Shown here in pieces: positions 1 to 10,789 of a stretch of 64,000 nt of DNA. Every line of letters starts with the position of its first letter. Within the stretch, counting starts at the first letter, position 1. The translations under genes were made by a program, and so were the position numbers. A model generated the notes under the pieces. The model had not been told where the DNA came from. It was given only the letters and a program-made list of their open reading frames with translations, and ran no database searches. Source of the stretch: Spirochaetia bacterium (GTDB lineage: Bacteria; Spirochaetota; Spirochaetia; SP-2023); the NCBI GenBank assembly GCA_965225855.1, contig CBDDCK010000005.1, positions 704,001 through 768,000 of the forward strand, read 5' to 3'.

Positions 1-340
1 CTCTTTTCTAATTGAATTTAATGATCATGAAAATCTACTGATGTAGCTAAGAAATTCTATGAATAGCAAATAACGATAGCAGAATATACCAATCTTTAGA
101 AAAGCTGTCAATAACAATTGTGCCTCTGATGAAGAAATTTGAAGTGATTATCCGATTGATATGGTTATAGTCTGTATTAAAGTTAGTACTTTATCGCTAC
201 ATTTTTTAAATTGCTATAAATAATCTTGGGTTTAAAGTTCTATTCCATTATTATCTTGTGTCATTCTACTGCGTTTTCTAGGATAGCTTTATTCTTTATT
301 GAGTTAATCAGTATATAGATATTTTTTATAATATCTTTTA

Positions 341-355
341 TGGTACGCTCTTTGC
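341..355 (+). promoter_or_regulatory. possible sigma54 (-24/-12) promoter upstream of rpoD
   Basis: TGGTAC-GCTCT-TTGC, one mismatch to TGGCAC-N5-TTGC with exact GG-N10-GC spacing; 280 bp upstream of rpoD. Confidence 0.3.
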
Positions 356-635
356 GGCTTTTTGTATATAAATAGTATTTTTTGCCGAAAAGTAGATACT
401 AGAGTTTTATCACTTTGCATTTTTATTTGGTATAGGCCTTTGAATCAAGGCTAGATTCTTGGTGTGAATGTTTAGTAGAGGCTTATGTTTTTTCTCTGCC
501 TCTGAAAGTTAAGTTCGATAGGGTCGTACTGCTTTTGGGGATTTTATATATTAGAAATGTAGTAAAAATCTGGGATGCTTTCTGCTTATTACAGATTACA
601 GAGCTTGGGCATCTTTAGGCAATAAAGGTACAAAA

Positions 636-2642
636 ATGATAGATGAAGAACTTTTAAAAATTCCTGGATTGGCTGAATTGATTGAAAAAGGTTCTGATAT
701 AGGCCATCTTACATACGAGGAGGTAGAGGTTATTTTGCCTGAAGATTTTAATAGTGAACAGATGGAAGACCTTCTTAATTTGATGGGAAAAAAAGGTATT
801 ACTGTTGAAGTTGATGCTAGAGAGCAGTTATTGACATCAGAAAATTTTGATGGAGCAGTTGATACTGAGGCTGACTTAGAAACTGAGTTGGATAGAGAAC
901 TTGATAGTGAGGATTTAAATGATAATCTAGACGAAAATTCTACTTTGCCTTTTGCTACTCATGGAGCTTCGCTCGATGGTGATGAAGAAATTTCTGTTGA
1001 GTATGCCGATCTTTTGAGTCATGATATTGAGGCTGAAAAATTTCATAATTATGAAGGAGCGGATAACAAAGATGATATTGAAGATGAGAACAATGATGAT
1101 CTTGAAGGGGAAAGTCATCATGCATTTTTAAAGTTGCTTGTCAATCGCAGCGAAGGAAATATTGACGATCCGATTCGTTTGTATCTTCGTGAAATCGGCA
1201 AAGTTCAATTATTGCGTGCTGAACAAGAAGTTGAGCTGTCGAAAAAAATGGAAGAAGGTGAAGATATTATTAAAAATGTGCTTAGGCGTTCTGGTATGAT
1301 TATTCCAGAATTTTATAGTTTGTCTCAAAAAGCATTTTCAAAAAAAAATCAGGTTGGCGAAGAAAATATCGAGGGAAGCAAAGATATTGAAAATGGAGAA
1401 TTTTTTACAGAAAAGCGTCGCCTCAACCAATACTATAAAGAACCTTTACGGGCCATTGCTGGGCAATTAAAAAGTTATATGGAGCTAAAGGAATCGATTC
1501 TAGATAACGGTGGCGATATTTTTATCGATGAAAAATTAAAGTTGAAACGTGCACAATTACTGAAACCTATTATGCAGATGAATATCCATCAGGAAGAAAT
1601 AATTTATTTTGCAGACAAATTTATCAATTCAGCCCAGCGTATTGGGCAATATCGAATTCAACGGCGTAAAATTGAGCAACTTTTACAAATACGCAATCAC
1701 AGTGAATTGCGCCAGCTCGGTCGACGTTTGGCCAATCAAAGTAAGGCTTATATTTTAGAAAGGGAGCTCGAATTAGATACTAACCAAATTAAGAATTTGA
1801 TTCATCAAGTTCAAGTTACCGATCAATGTTTGCGTGATATAGAAATTGAGTTGGAAAGTAGAACTTCTGAAATTCTGGATATGGCTAAAGAAGTGCAATA
1901 TGGTTCGTACATGATGAAGAGTGCGAAAGACCATTTAATTCGGGCTAACTTGCGTTTGGTTGTCAGTATTGCTAAAAAATATACCAATCGAGGGTTGCAT
2001 TTTTTTGATTTGGTACAAGAGGGAAATATCGGTTTAATTAAAGCTGTAGAAAAGTTTGAATATTCAAAGGGCTTTAAGTTTTCAACCTACGCTACATGGT
2101 GGATTCGCCAAGCTATTACTCGCTCTATTTCCGATCAAGCCCGAACGATTCGGGTGCCAGTGCATATGATTGAACAGATTAATAAAGTGGTGCGTGAATC
2201 TCGTCAGTTATTGCAATTAAAAGGGTGTGAGCCCACAGATGAGGAAGTTGCAGAGCGGTTAGGTTGGCAAGTCAAGCGTGTGAAGAGTGTGAAAAGTGTT
2301 GCTCGTGAACCGATTTCTTTGGAAACGCCGATTGGTGATGATGAAGATTCTAATTTAGGGGATTTTATTGAGGATAAATCAATTATAAATCCTTCAATAG
2401 AAACGACTTATCAAGTATTAAAAGAGCAGTTAGATGATACTTTGAAGACTTTACCTGAGCGTGAGCGCGAAGTGATTAAAATGCGTTTTGGTTTAAAAGA
2501 TGGCTATGCTCTGACTTTAGAAGAAGTGGGCTTAATGTTTAATGTAACGCGTGAGCGCATTCGCCAGATTGAGGCAAAAAGTTTAAAGCGTTTGCGTGCG
2601 AAAAGGCGTTCGCGTAAGCTCTTTGATTATTTGGAAGAATAG
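636..2642 (+). CDS. rpoD: RNA polymerase primary sigma factor RpoD
   Basis: Region 1.2 [12 protein letters not shown], region 2 [46 protein letters not shown], region 4 [16 protein letters not shown]; long non-conserved insertion. Confidence 0.98.
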   Translation: MIDEELLKIPGLAELIEKGSDIGHLTYEEVEVILPEDFNSEQMEDLLNLMGKKGITVEVDAREQLLTSENFDGAVDTEADLETELDRELDSEDLNDNLDENSTLPFATHGASLDGDEEISVEYADLLSHDIEAEKFHNYEGADNKDDIEDENNDDLEGESHHAFLKLLVNRSEGNIDDPIRLYLREIGKVQLLRAEQEVELSKKMEEGEDIIKNVLRRSGMIIPEFYSLSQKAFSKKNQVGEENIEGSKDIENGEFFTEKRRLNQYYKEPLRAIAGQLKSYMELKESILDNGGDIFIDEKLKLKRAQLLKPIMQMNIHQEEIIYFADKFINSAQRIGQYRIQRRKIEQLLQIRNHSELRQLGRRLANQSKAYILERELELDTNQIKNLIHQVQVTDQCLRDIEIELESRTSEILDMAKEVQYGSYMMKSAKDHLIRANLRLVVSIAKKYTNRGLHFFDLVQEGNIGLIKAVEKFEYSKGFKFSTYATWWIRQAITRSISDQARTIRVPVHMIEQINKVVRESRQLLQLKGCEPTDEEVAERLGWQVKRVKSVKSVAREPISLETPIGDDEDSNLGDFIEDKSIINPSIETTYQVLKEQLDDTLKTLPEREREVIKMRFGLKDGYALTLEEVGLMFNVTRERIRQIEAKSLKRLRAKRRSRKLFDYLEE

Positions 2643-2677
2643 TATATATTCGTTTTTTGTGTATATAGGAGAACTCA

Positions 2678-3499
2678 ATGAAAGAAATATTTATTAAATT
2701 GCAGGAATTGCAAAATATCTTGTCTAATAAATATCAGTTAGAGAATGAATTAGAGGTGATTCCTCGAGCCTTAAAAATGAAAGAAGAAATTCTTAGTCAG
2801 CAGAAAAAGCAATTTATTGATTTGAATAAAGCTTATGATGCGAATCAGCACGATATTGCACAATTGCGCAATGATTTTGTCCATATTGAGGGATTGCGTC
2901 AGGAAGCGGAGCAGCGTATGGACAAGATTAAAACCCAACGTGAATATGAGGCTTTGAATAAAGAAATTAGTGAGTATTCTAGCCAAGAATTGGCTTTGCA
3001 TCGTAAGCTCCAAAATTTGGAAAGCAAAGGCCAAGAATTGACTGAAAAACTGCAATCAGAAGGGAACTCTATCCATCTCCAAGAAGCTGAAATATCTGAT
3101 GAAAAATTGCGTATAGAAATTTTAATCCAAGAAAAACAAAATGGAATTTCTGCTTTAGAAGAACAAGAAAAATATCTTGCTCCTGGAATGGACACTGAGA
3201 TGCTCTACAAATTTGATCGCATTTTGCGCAATAAAGGTGGCAGGGGTATTGTTTCTATTTCACAAGGCATTTGTAGTGGATGTTTTATGATTTTACCACA
3301 GCAGTTTATGAATGATGTGCGCTCTAATGATGATGTGTATTTTTGTCCATATTGTAGTCGAATTCTTTTCTATGATGAAGCGGCTGCTTCTGGAGAGAAA
3401 ATCGGTACTGGTGTTCTCGACTATGACAGTGGCTATCACGATGATGTAGAAGGCTTGGTTGATTTAGTTGATGATAGTGATTTTAGTGATTTTGATTGA
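2678..3499 (+). CDS. coiled-coil protein with C-terminal C4 zinc ribbon (CT398/HP0958-like)
   Basis: Long coiled coil, REYEALNKEI motif, CSGC...CPYCSRIL; AGGAG RBS. Confidence 0.88.
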   Translation: MKEIFIKLQELQNILSNKYQLENELEVIPRALKMKEEILSQQKKQFIDLNKAYDANQHDIAQLRNDFVHIEGLRQEAEQRMDKIKTQREYEALNKEISEYSSQELALHRKLQNLESKGQELTEKLQSEGNSIHLQEAEISDEKLRIEILIQEKQNGISALEEQEKYLAPGMDTEMLYKFDRILRNKGGRGIVSISQGICSGCFMILPQQFMNDVRSNDDVYFCPYCSRILFYDEAAASGEKIGTGVLDYDSGYHDDVEGLVDLVDDSDFSDFD

Positions 3500-3558
3500 A
3501 ACTTGTAGGGGTAGGTTTTGAATCATGATTTTTGTTGAATACGGGAGAAATAAATTTA

Positions 3559-3928
3559 GGGGTAGTCCGACCTATCGCTACACAAGATTGTAGAGGAAAG
3601 TCCGGGCTTCGTAGAGAAAGATGCTGGGTAGCTCCCAGACATTCTGCTAGATTTTTGGTAGGGTGCTAGATAGTGCCACAGAAAATATACCGCTTACTAT
3701 TTTGTTGTTTTTCAATGGTTTAGTGAGTAAGGGTGCAATGGTGTGGTAAGAGCGCACCGCTCACTTGGGGTACAAGTGGGGCAGGGTAAACCTCATCTGA
3801 AGCAAGTTCAAGCAATAATGGGGCTTCTCGTCTGTTATCATTATGGGTCGATCGCATGACTTTGTTGGAGACAATAAAGTTGAGATAAATGATAGGATAG
3901 AACAGAATCCGGCTTATGGGGCTATCCC
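3559..3928 (+). ncRNA. rnpB: RNase P RNA (type A)
   Basis: Conserved blocks GAGGAAAGTCCGGGCT, AGTGCCACAGAAAA, GGTAAGAGCGCACC, GGTAAACCTCATCTGAAGCAAG, AACAGAATCCGGCTTA; terminal helix GGGGTAGTCC/GGGCTATCCC. Confidence 0.97.
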
Positions 3929-3980
3929 TTTTTGTTTTTATTATTATCTCTAATCTTTTATTTATATTTTAGGGAATTAA

Positions 3981-4883
3981 ATGAATAGTATTCGTAAAAC
4001 ATTTTTGATATTATTTCTGATTTTGTTGCTGCTTGGTTTTATCGTTATATTGTTTGGCTATTATTATATGTTTCAGGAAGTTAGCCAGGCAGAAGGTGCA
4101 GAAATTGAAATTTTATGGAATCAAGGAAAATTGAACGATATTATTCAAATTACGGTCGATAAATTGCAAAAAGATTCGCTTAATTTTCAGTTACTGCGTT
4201 ATACCGGTTATGCATATTTTTATCTGGCTTTAGGAGAAATTGAAGAATCTAAAAGGCAGCTTAGTTTAGAAATAGCGGTAAAATATTTACGCAAAGCATT
4301 AGTGGTTGGCAGTCCTAATAAAAAAGTATTGTCTGAAATTTATTATATTTTAGGGAAAAGCTATTTTCATCGGGGACTAACTATGCTTTCGTTATCTTTG
4401 GAATATTTGCAAAAATCTATAGAGCTTGGCTATAGTGCAAAAGATAGTTTTGAATTTTTGGCCGATGCCTATTGGCGATTGGGGAAAACGCAGAAAAGTT
4501 TAGAATACTTTGAAAATTTATATCAGAATGGTAAAACCTCCGATCGTTTTTTGTTGGCATATGGTCAAAGTTTGATTGGGGCTGGAGAAAATGGACAGGC
4601 TGAAATTGTATTGCTAAATGCGCAAAAAAGTACACAAAACCAGCTACTAATGGCTGAGATTCTTTTGCAATTGGCGCAAGTTTATTACAATACGGAGCGC
4701 TGGTTGGAGGCTAGGCTTTCTTTGGAGAAATCCTTGGAGAAGAAAGAATCAGCCGATGCTCATTATCTTTTGGGGGAAGTGTATCGTGCTTTAGAACAAC
4801 CTGTGCAAGCGCGTAGAGAGTGGCGTTTAACTTTGGAACTGGATGACCAATATAAAGCGGCATTCCAACGTTTACAAGAATAG
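3981..4883 (+). CDS. tetratricopeptide-repeat protein with N-terminal membrane anchor
   Basis: N-terminal hydrophobic helix; TPR-like YYILGKSYF, AHYLLGEVY; position upstream of mreB. Confidence 0.85.
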   Translation: MNSIRKTFLILFLILLLLGFIVILFGYYYMFQEVSQAEGAEIEILWNQGKLNDIIQITVDKLQKDSLNFQLLRYTGYAYFYLALGEIEESKRQLSLEIAVKYLRKALVVGSPNKKVLSEIYYILGKSYFHRGLTMLSLSLEYLQKSIELGYSAKDSFEFLADAYWRLGKTQKSLEYFENLYQNGKTSDRFLLAYGQSLIGAGENGQAEIVLLNAQKSTQNQLLMAEILLQLAQVYYNTERWLEARLSLEKSLEKKESADAHYLLGEVYRALEQPVQARREWRLTLELDDQYKAAFQRLQE

Positions 4884-4892
4884 GAGTAAAGA

Positions 4893-5897
4893 GTGGGACT
4901 GTTTAGTAATTTTTTCGTTGATATTGGTATAGACTTAGGTACTTGTAATACATTGATTTATGTAGCTAATAGGGGCATTGTTTGTGCTGAGCCTTCTGTG
5001 GTAGCAGTAGAGCGGGGAACGAATAACGTTGTGGCGGTAGGGGAAGGAGCTAAACGTATTTTGGGGAAAACCCCTCGTACGATCCAAGCAATTCGCCCAT
5101 TGCGAGATGGTGTGATTGCCAAATTAGATTTGACGGAAGTCATGATTAAATATTTTTTGGATCGCACGATTTCTTCGCGGCTTTTGGTAAAGCCGCGCGT
5201 TGTGATAGGGGTGCCGTATTGTATCACGGAAGTGGAGCGAAAAGCTGTAGAAGATAGTGCTACTCGTGCTGGCGTCAGTAAAGTTGAATGTGTTTATGAA
5301 TCTTTATGTGCTGCAATAGGTGCGGATATTCCCATCAATGAGCCTGCTGGCCATATGGTGTGTGATATTGGTGGTGGCACAACTGAAATTTCGGTTGTTT
5401 CTTTGGGCGATTTAGTGGTTAGTAATGCGATCCGTATTGGTGGAGACGAGTTTGATGAGGCAATTGTCAAGCATATTCGCAGTGTACATAATTTAACTAT
5501 TGGTGAACAAACAGCCGAAAAATTGAAAATGAATATTGGAAATGCATTTCCCGAAAGTACGATAGAAAAGATGGAAATTAAAGGTACCGATGCAATTACA
5601 GGGCTGCCCCGCCGTCTTGAAGTGGATTCTGTAGAAATTCGTGAATCGATTAAAGACCCGGTGAATATTATTGTTGAATGGATTAAACGCACTTTTTCCG
5701 ATACGCCACCAGAGTTAGGTGCAGATATTATCGACCGCGGGATTGTATTGACTGGCGGTGGTGCGATGCTCAAAGGTCTTTCGCGTTTAATTGCTAAGGA
5801 AACAGGTGTGCCGGTATTATTGACAAATGAACCTTTGCTCTGTGTTGCCATTGGTGCCGGTCGTTTTCATGAAATAAATCAGAAAAAAGGTTATTAG
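4893..5897 (+). CDS. mreB: rod shape-determining protein MreB
   Basis: DIGIDLGTCNT, DIGGGTTE, GIVLTGGGAML; GTG start after AGGAG. Confidence 0.98.
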   Translation: MGLFSNFFVDIGIDLGTCNTLIYVANRGIVCAEPSVVAVERGTNNVVAVGEGAKRILGKTPRTIQAIRPLRDGVIAKLDLTEVMIKYFLDRTISSRLLVKPRVVIGVPYCITEVERKAVEDSATRAGVSKVECVYESLCAAIGADIPINEPAGHMVCDIGGGTTEISVVSLGDLVVSNAIRIGGDEFDEAIVKHIRSVHNLTIGEQTAEKLKMNIGNAFPESTIEKMEIKGTDAITGLPRRLEVDSVEIRESIKDPVNIIVEWIKRTFSDTPPELGADIIDRGIVLTGGGAMLKGLSRLIAKETGVPVLLTNEPLLCVAIGAGRFHEINQKKGY

Positions 5898-6013
5898 CCA
5901 ATATATGTAATAATTGCGATAATTGGCTGTTTTTCTATATGTTGGGTAATGCCTTCGGGCTTTGTCGTTTTGCGTTTCTTAGATTCAAAGTCGCTCATTT
6001 GGGATGTAGATAA

Positions 6014-6985
6014 GTGAGAAAATCGGGCAACATAATTGGGCAAACAAAACGGAAAACAATTGCTCCGTTTGTTGGTTATATATTGGTTTCAGCCTTATTA
6101 TTGCCCCCGATAGCGATGCGCTCGTATGGAAAGTCGCTGGAGTATTATGGAGGAATGTCGATAAATAGTATTCTCCATTTTTTTCATTCTAGCAATCAAC
6201 GGGTATTAGCTGTTTTGCAAACTGCATTTTTCCTTAACTTTTGGGAAAATAAGTATCTTGAATCCGAAGCTTATCGCAAAGAGTTGGAATTTCAGATGGT
6301 CGATTTGCAGCGCAAAGCAGAGGAAAACCGCCAGCTGCGCCAAATTCTTTCTTTAGGGAATAATATTATTTGGAAACATGTCAATGCGCAAATTATCACT
6401 CGTTCGGGAAGTATGCTACAGGATTCCATTGCAATTGATGTTGGTTTGCGAGAAAAAATTTATCAAAATGCTCCTGTAATTGGTTTTGCTAACGGTAGAT
6501 ATGGCTTAATTGGTAAAGTGCAGACCGTTGGTCAAAAGCAATCTACCGTGGTTAGTTTAGTCAATCGCTATTATCAGCTGGGGGTTACGGCTATGTTGCA
6601 AAACTCTCGTTTTCACGGAATATTGAGCAGTAACAACGGTAGATTATATCGTTTGGATTTTATCAATCGCCAAGCTTTAAACAGTATTCAGAGCGGAGAT
6701 ATGGTCATCAGTGCAGGTTCTAAAGAGTCTTTATATCCGCGCGGGATACCAATTGGTTTTGTCCAACAAATAGAAGAACTCGAATATAATGCCTCGCTGT
6801 CTTTGGTGGTCAAACCGGTAGTCGAGCTCAGTCAAGTAGAGTATGTGGCTGTACTAATAAAAGATTTATTAGAAATTAATTTGGAAGGTAATGGTGAGCA
6901 GACTGAAAAAGATGCAGTAGGGCAAGAAAAAGTTATTCAGCAAAAATTTCCCGTTCTACGTGCTCGTCGTCAACCAGCAGAGTGA
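6014..6985 (+). CDS. mreC: rod shape-determining protein MreC
   Basis: EENRQLRQIL coiled coil, GLIGKV, YPRGIPIG; between mreB and mreD. Confidence 0.9.
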   Translation: MRKSGNIIGQTKRKTIAPFVGYILVSALLLPPIAMRSYGKSLEYYGGMSINSILHFFHSSNQRVLAVLQTAFFLNFWENKYLESEAYRKELEFQMVDLQRKAEENRQLRQILSLGNNIIWKHVNAQIITRSGSMLQDSIAIDVGLREKIYQNAPVIGFANGRYGLIGKVQTVGQKQSTVVSLVNRYYQLGVTAMLQNSRFHGILSSNNGRLYRLDFINRQALNSIQSGDMVISAGSKESLYPRGIPIGFVQQIEELEYNASLSLVVKPVVELSQVEYVAVLIKDLLEINLEGNGEQTEKDAVGQEKVIQQKFPVLRARRQPAE

Positions 6986-6994
6986 GTAATTGAT

Positions 6995-7501
6995 ATGCAT
7001 ACTGTTTGGTATTTTTTGATTTTGTTTGCCAGTATTATTATACAGCAAGTTTTTTTTGTTCCATTAGCTAGCTATTTATGGGCAGAGCCACTGTTGCCAA
7101 TCATTATGCTCATTATTTTGGCTACGGCAACCGGCTCTGTGTTAGCTGAAAGTTTTGGTTTTTTTGCTGGCTTACTTTGGGGTTTTGCCAAAATAGATAC
7201 TGGAATTCCTCAAGGGGTCTATCCGTTTTTGTTGACGATTATTTGTTTTATATTGGGCCGCTTTTTGTATGACCGCTTTAAAGCTCCTAAAACATTGCTT
7301 TTGGTAATTTGTACTGCGGTTGCCGTACTATTTTGGGGTTTGGGCAGTATTGCTCTGAAGATACTTTTTGTGAATGCTTATTTGCCCAGTTTGATGGAAT
7401 TTGTGCAAATCTTCTTGAGTACAATTTATTCATCTTTACTTTGCATGGTGGTGAATCCGTTAATGCGTAAATTATTAGTCCGGTGGGAATGGAATGGCTA
7501 A
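6995..7501 (+). CDS. mreD: rod shape-determining protein MreD
   Basis: 168 aa polytopic membrane protein with GFFAGLLW; position in mre operon. Confidence 0.8.
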   Translation: MHTVWYFLILFASIIIQQVFFVPLASYLWAEPLLPIIMLIILATATGSVLAESFGFFAGLLWGFAKIDTGIPQGVYPFLLTIICFILGRFLYDRFKAPKTLLLVICTAVAVLFWGLGSIALKILFVNAYLPSLMEFVQIFLSTIYSSLLCMVVNPLMRKLLVRWEWNG

Positions 7502-9380
7502 GGGCAAAGTCGATCTTAAGGAACCCCGTTATTGGATATACATCGGATTTCTGGCTTTGTTTTTCTTTATTTGGTTTGTAAAACTGTTTCGTCTGCAAAT
7601 ATTGCAAGGGGATGTTTATACTTCTGAGGCGGTGCATATTACAGAGCGGATAGAGCGCTTAAATGCCAAGCGAGGCTTGATTTACTATAATGATGGGCAA
7701 ACGCCTATCGTCAATAATATTGATGTCTTTACGGTGTATTTGGTTCCAGCTCGTGTTCCCAGTGGTCAGTTGGAAAATGAGTTAAACTTGTTGAGTCAAA
7801 TTTTAGATATTGATCCAGAGCGATTAAAAATTCGGCTCAATAAAAGTAAGAATTTATTGCAGCCAATCGAATTAAAGCGAGATATTTCCATTGATGTCAT
7901 CAAAAAAATTGCAGAACGTAGAGATGTTTTAGTTGGGGTTAGCCATACCAGCCTCCCAGAACGTAACTTGATTGAAGATGGCTCGATAATCCATGTCGTT
8001 GGTTATGTTGGCAAAATTTCTGATTACGAGCTGGAAGTTTTATATAACGATCAATACCAAACCAATACTAGCATTGGTAAGACGGGTATTGAGCAGTATT
8101 ATGATACAATTTTGCGCGGGTATGATGGACGCCGAATTTTGACTGTCGATGCGAAGGGCAATATGCTTGATGAGCGCATTGATCCGCCAAAAACAGGTTT
8201 ATCGTTGACTCTTTCGATTGATCGCAAAATTCAAAAATTAGCCGAACAAGCTTTAGGGAACAGGATAGGTAGTGCTGTTGTCATGCGTCCGGCAACCGGC
8301 CAGATTTTAGCAATGGTCTCAACACCTTGGTATAAGCTTTCGGATTTTAAAAGTAGTGAGCGGTTTCAAAATATGATCAATGATTTGCGCAAACCGTTAT
8401 TGAATCGCACCATTCAATCTCAATATCCCCCGGCTTCAACTTTTAAGATGGTGTTGGCCAGTGCCATGTTAGCAGAGCGTAAATTTTCGCCGACCGAGTT
8501 TATTTTTGACCCAGGTTATTGGCAGCTTGGCAATCGTTTGTTTCGTTGCTGGCTGCTCACTGGCCATGGTAATGTGGATTTGATTGGTGCTATTGCTGAT
8601 TCCTGTAATATCTATTTTGGCGTGGTTGGAGTGCGCTACCTTGGGGATATTTATATTACCAGCTATGCGCGCAAATATGGTTTTGGCCAGCTTACAGGAA
8701 TTGATCTACCCGGAGAAGTGCAGGGTTTTGTGCCAAACCCTGCTTGGAAACGGCAAAGATATAATCAAGTTTGGACTAAGGGCGACACTTTAAATATTTC
8801 TATTGGTCAGGGTTTTTTGTTAGTAACCCCATTGCAAGTAGCCGTTTATACTTCGGCTATCGTCAATGATGGCATAGCGTACAAGCCCTCACTGTTGAAT
8901 AGAGTCCACAACAATACCGAAGAAAATGTTTCGGAACCGGAAATCTTATACACTATGCAGCTTGAGCCAAGTGTATTTCAACAGCTGAAATACGGCATGC
9001 GTCAAGCTGTGGTGCGCGGTACAGCACGTTCTAGCATTTACAACGGTGTGGTTGATATTGCGGCTAAGACGGGTACAGCAGAAATTGGTTTGAACAACCA
9101 TTGGCATTCTTGGTTTACTTCTTATGGGCCTTATGAAGTTGATGACCCGTTGGAGCGGGTGGTTGTTCTTACACAGGTGGAAGCAGATCCTACGGTGGCC
9201 AAGGAAAATTATGACTGGTGGGCTCCCCGTGCGGCAGATATTATTTATCGTGGTATTTTTGCTGATGAGACTTATGAAGAAGTTTGGCTCAATTACAAAA
9301 AACGGGGTGTTTGGTTTCAGCCAATGATGACTGTACCCCAACAATATCACGATAATAAACCGGCTTTAAACCACAATTAG
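7494..9380 (+). CDS. mrdA: penicillin-binding protein 2 (class B transpeptidase)
   Basis: PPASTFK (SxxK), SCN, KTGTAE motifs; N-terminal TM. Confidence 0.95.
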   Translation: MAKGKVDLKEPRYWIYIGFLALFFFIWFVKLFRLQILQGDVYTSEAVHITERIERLNAKRGLIYYNDGQTPIVNNIDVFTVYLVPARVPSGQLENELNLLSQILDIDPERLKIRLNKSKNLLQPIELKRDISIDVIKKIAERRDVLVGVSHTSLPERNLIEDGSIIHVVGYVGKISDYELEVLYNDQYQTNTSIGKTGIEQYYDTILRGYDGRRILTVDAKGNMLDERIDPPKTGLSLTLSIDRKIQKLAEQALGNRIGSAVVMRPATGQILAMVSTPWYKLSDFKSSERFQNMINDLRKPLLNRTIQSQYPPASTFKMVLASAMLAERKFSPTEFIFDPGYWQLGNRLFRCWLLTGHGNVDLIGAIADSCNIYFGVVGVRYLGDIYITSYARKYGFGQLTGIDLPGEVQGFVPNPAWKRQRYNQVWTKGDTLNISIGQGFLLVTPLQVAVYTSAIVNDGIAYKPSLLNRVHNNTEENVSEPEILYTMQLEPSVFQQLKYGMRQAVVRGTARSSIYNGVVDIAAKTGTAEIGLNNHWHSWFTSYGPYEVDDPLERVVVLTQVEADPTVAKENYDWWAPRAADIIYRGIFADETYEEVWLNYKKRGVWFQPMMTVPQQYHDNKPALNHN

Positions 9381-9398
9381 CCTCGTCTATAAATTGCT

Positions 9399-10733
9399 AT
9401 GCTGCGAAATTTACGAGAAAGCCCAATCGACATTATTTTGGTCCTATGTACGTTATTTTTATTATTTATTGGGGAGCTGTATATTTTTTCCAGTAGCATT
9501 TCGGCAGAAGGGAAGATAGAAAACTATCAGTTTGTACGCCAGTTGGTTTGGATTATTGTCGGCTTGGTGATGATGTTTTTATTTTTCCGTATCAAGTTGG
9601 ACATTCTGTTAGAATATAGTACGTCTCTTTATATTGGAGTTATTGTTGTTTTATTATTGACGGGTTTCTTGGCTTCTAGTCGCAACGGGGCAAGGGCTTG
9701 GCTGGGTTTATTTGGCTTGGGAATTCAGCCTTCTGAATTTGCCAAATTTTGTTACATTCTTTTTATAGCTCGTTATTTAGGTTTGCGCAAGCCAGAAGAG
9801 CGTGCCGGAATTGTAACCTTTTTGGTCAGTTTAGGAATTACTGCTTTGCCGATGGGCTTAGTGGTGTTTCAAGGTGATGTCGGTACAGCTTCTGTATTTG
9901 CGCCTATTTGGTTTATCAGCTTGTATGTTATGGGAGGTAATTTTTTTTTATTAAACCATTTATTTTTGTTTATTGTATTGTTTATGGTTTTGTTGTTTTT
10001 GCAAATTTGGGAACCTCACGCGGAAATAGGTAGCTTTGTTTGGAACTTAGCCCATGTTTTTACTGTGCCTCAAGTTTTTATTATTTATTTAGTTGGGCTG
10101 AGTGTGCTTTTGGTCTTAGCCATAGTAGGCCTACTGTATTTGAAATCATCACTTTATAAAGTGGCGATCAGTATTATTTTGTTATTACTTGCTGCATCGG
10201 TTGTTACTTGGTTTCTCAACTTTTGGATGAAGCCGTATATGAAAGATAGAATCGTTAGTTTTTTGAATCCCGATTTCAATAAACTTTCTTCAAGCTGGAA
10301 TTTAAACCAATCGTTGCGGGCTATTGGTTCGGGCGGTATGTGGGGCAAAGGTTACTTGAAAGGACTAATTGCCCACTATGGTTATTTGCCAGAGCAAAGT
10401 CAGAGCACGGATTTTTTATTTGCGATTATCGGGGAAGAAGGGGGGCTGTTTGTTTCTTCGTTAGTGTTTATTGCTTATTTTATTCTTATATTGCGCATGA
10501 TTTTAATCGCCCGCCTTTGTAAAGACGAAAATGATTCAGTGTCGCGCTCGATTGTGATTGGTATTTCTGCCATGTTTTTCTTTCACTTTTTGCAAAATGT
10601 TGGTATGACCATTCATTTAGTTCCGATTACAGGTATTCCTCTTTTATTGGTGTCTTATGGAGGGTCTTCGTTGATTACAGCTTTGGCCTTGTTGGGCTTA
10701 GTTTTAAATATTCATGCGAAACAGGAGACTTAA
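9399..10733 (+). CDS. rodA: SEDS peptidoglycan glycosyltransferase RodA
   Basis: IQPSEFAK, AIGSGG.WGKG, TDFLFAIIGEEGG, PITGIPLLLVSYGGSS. Confidence 0.95.
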   Translation: MLRNLRESPIDIILVLCTLFLLFIGELYIFSSSISAEGKIENYQFVRQLVWIIVGLVMMFLFFRIKLDILLEYSTSLYIGVIVVLLLTGFLASSRNGARAWLGLFGLGIQPSEFAKFCYILFIARYLGLRKPEERAGIVTFLVSLGITALPMGLVVFQGDVGTASVFAPIWFISLYVMGGNFFLLNHLFLFIVLFMVLLFLQIWEPHAEIGSFVWNLAHVFTVPQVFIIYLVGLSVLLVLAIVGLLYLKSSLYKVAISIILLLLAASVVTWFLNFWMKPYMKDRIVSFLNPDFNKLSSSWNLNQSLRAIGSGGMWGKGYLKGLIAHYGYLPEQSQSTDFLFAIIGEEGGLFVSSLVFIAYFILILRMILIARLCKDENDSVSRSIVIGISAMFFFHFLQNVGMTIHLVPITGIPLLLVSYGGSSLITALALLGLVLNIHAKQET

Positions 10734-10789
10734 TCCGGCTCTTCTTGAGAATTTAAGAATGGTAATCGGAGTAGCAGCATAATTGGAGA

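Noticed and set aside
5294..5851. 185-aa ORF antisense to mreB (similar cases in dapA, argF, Prx-Grx)
   Set aside because: Antisense shadows of conserved genes with no independent motifs
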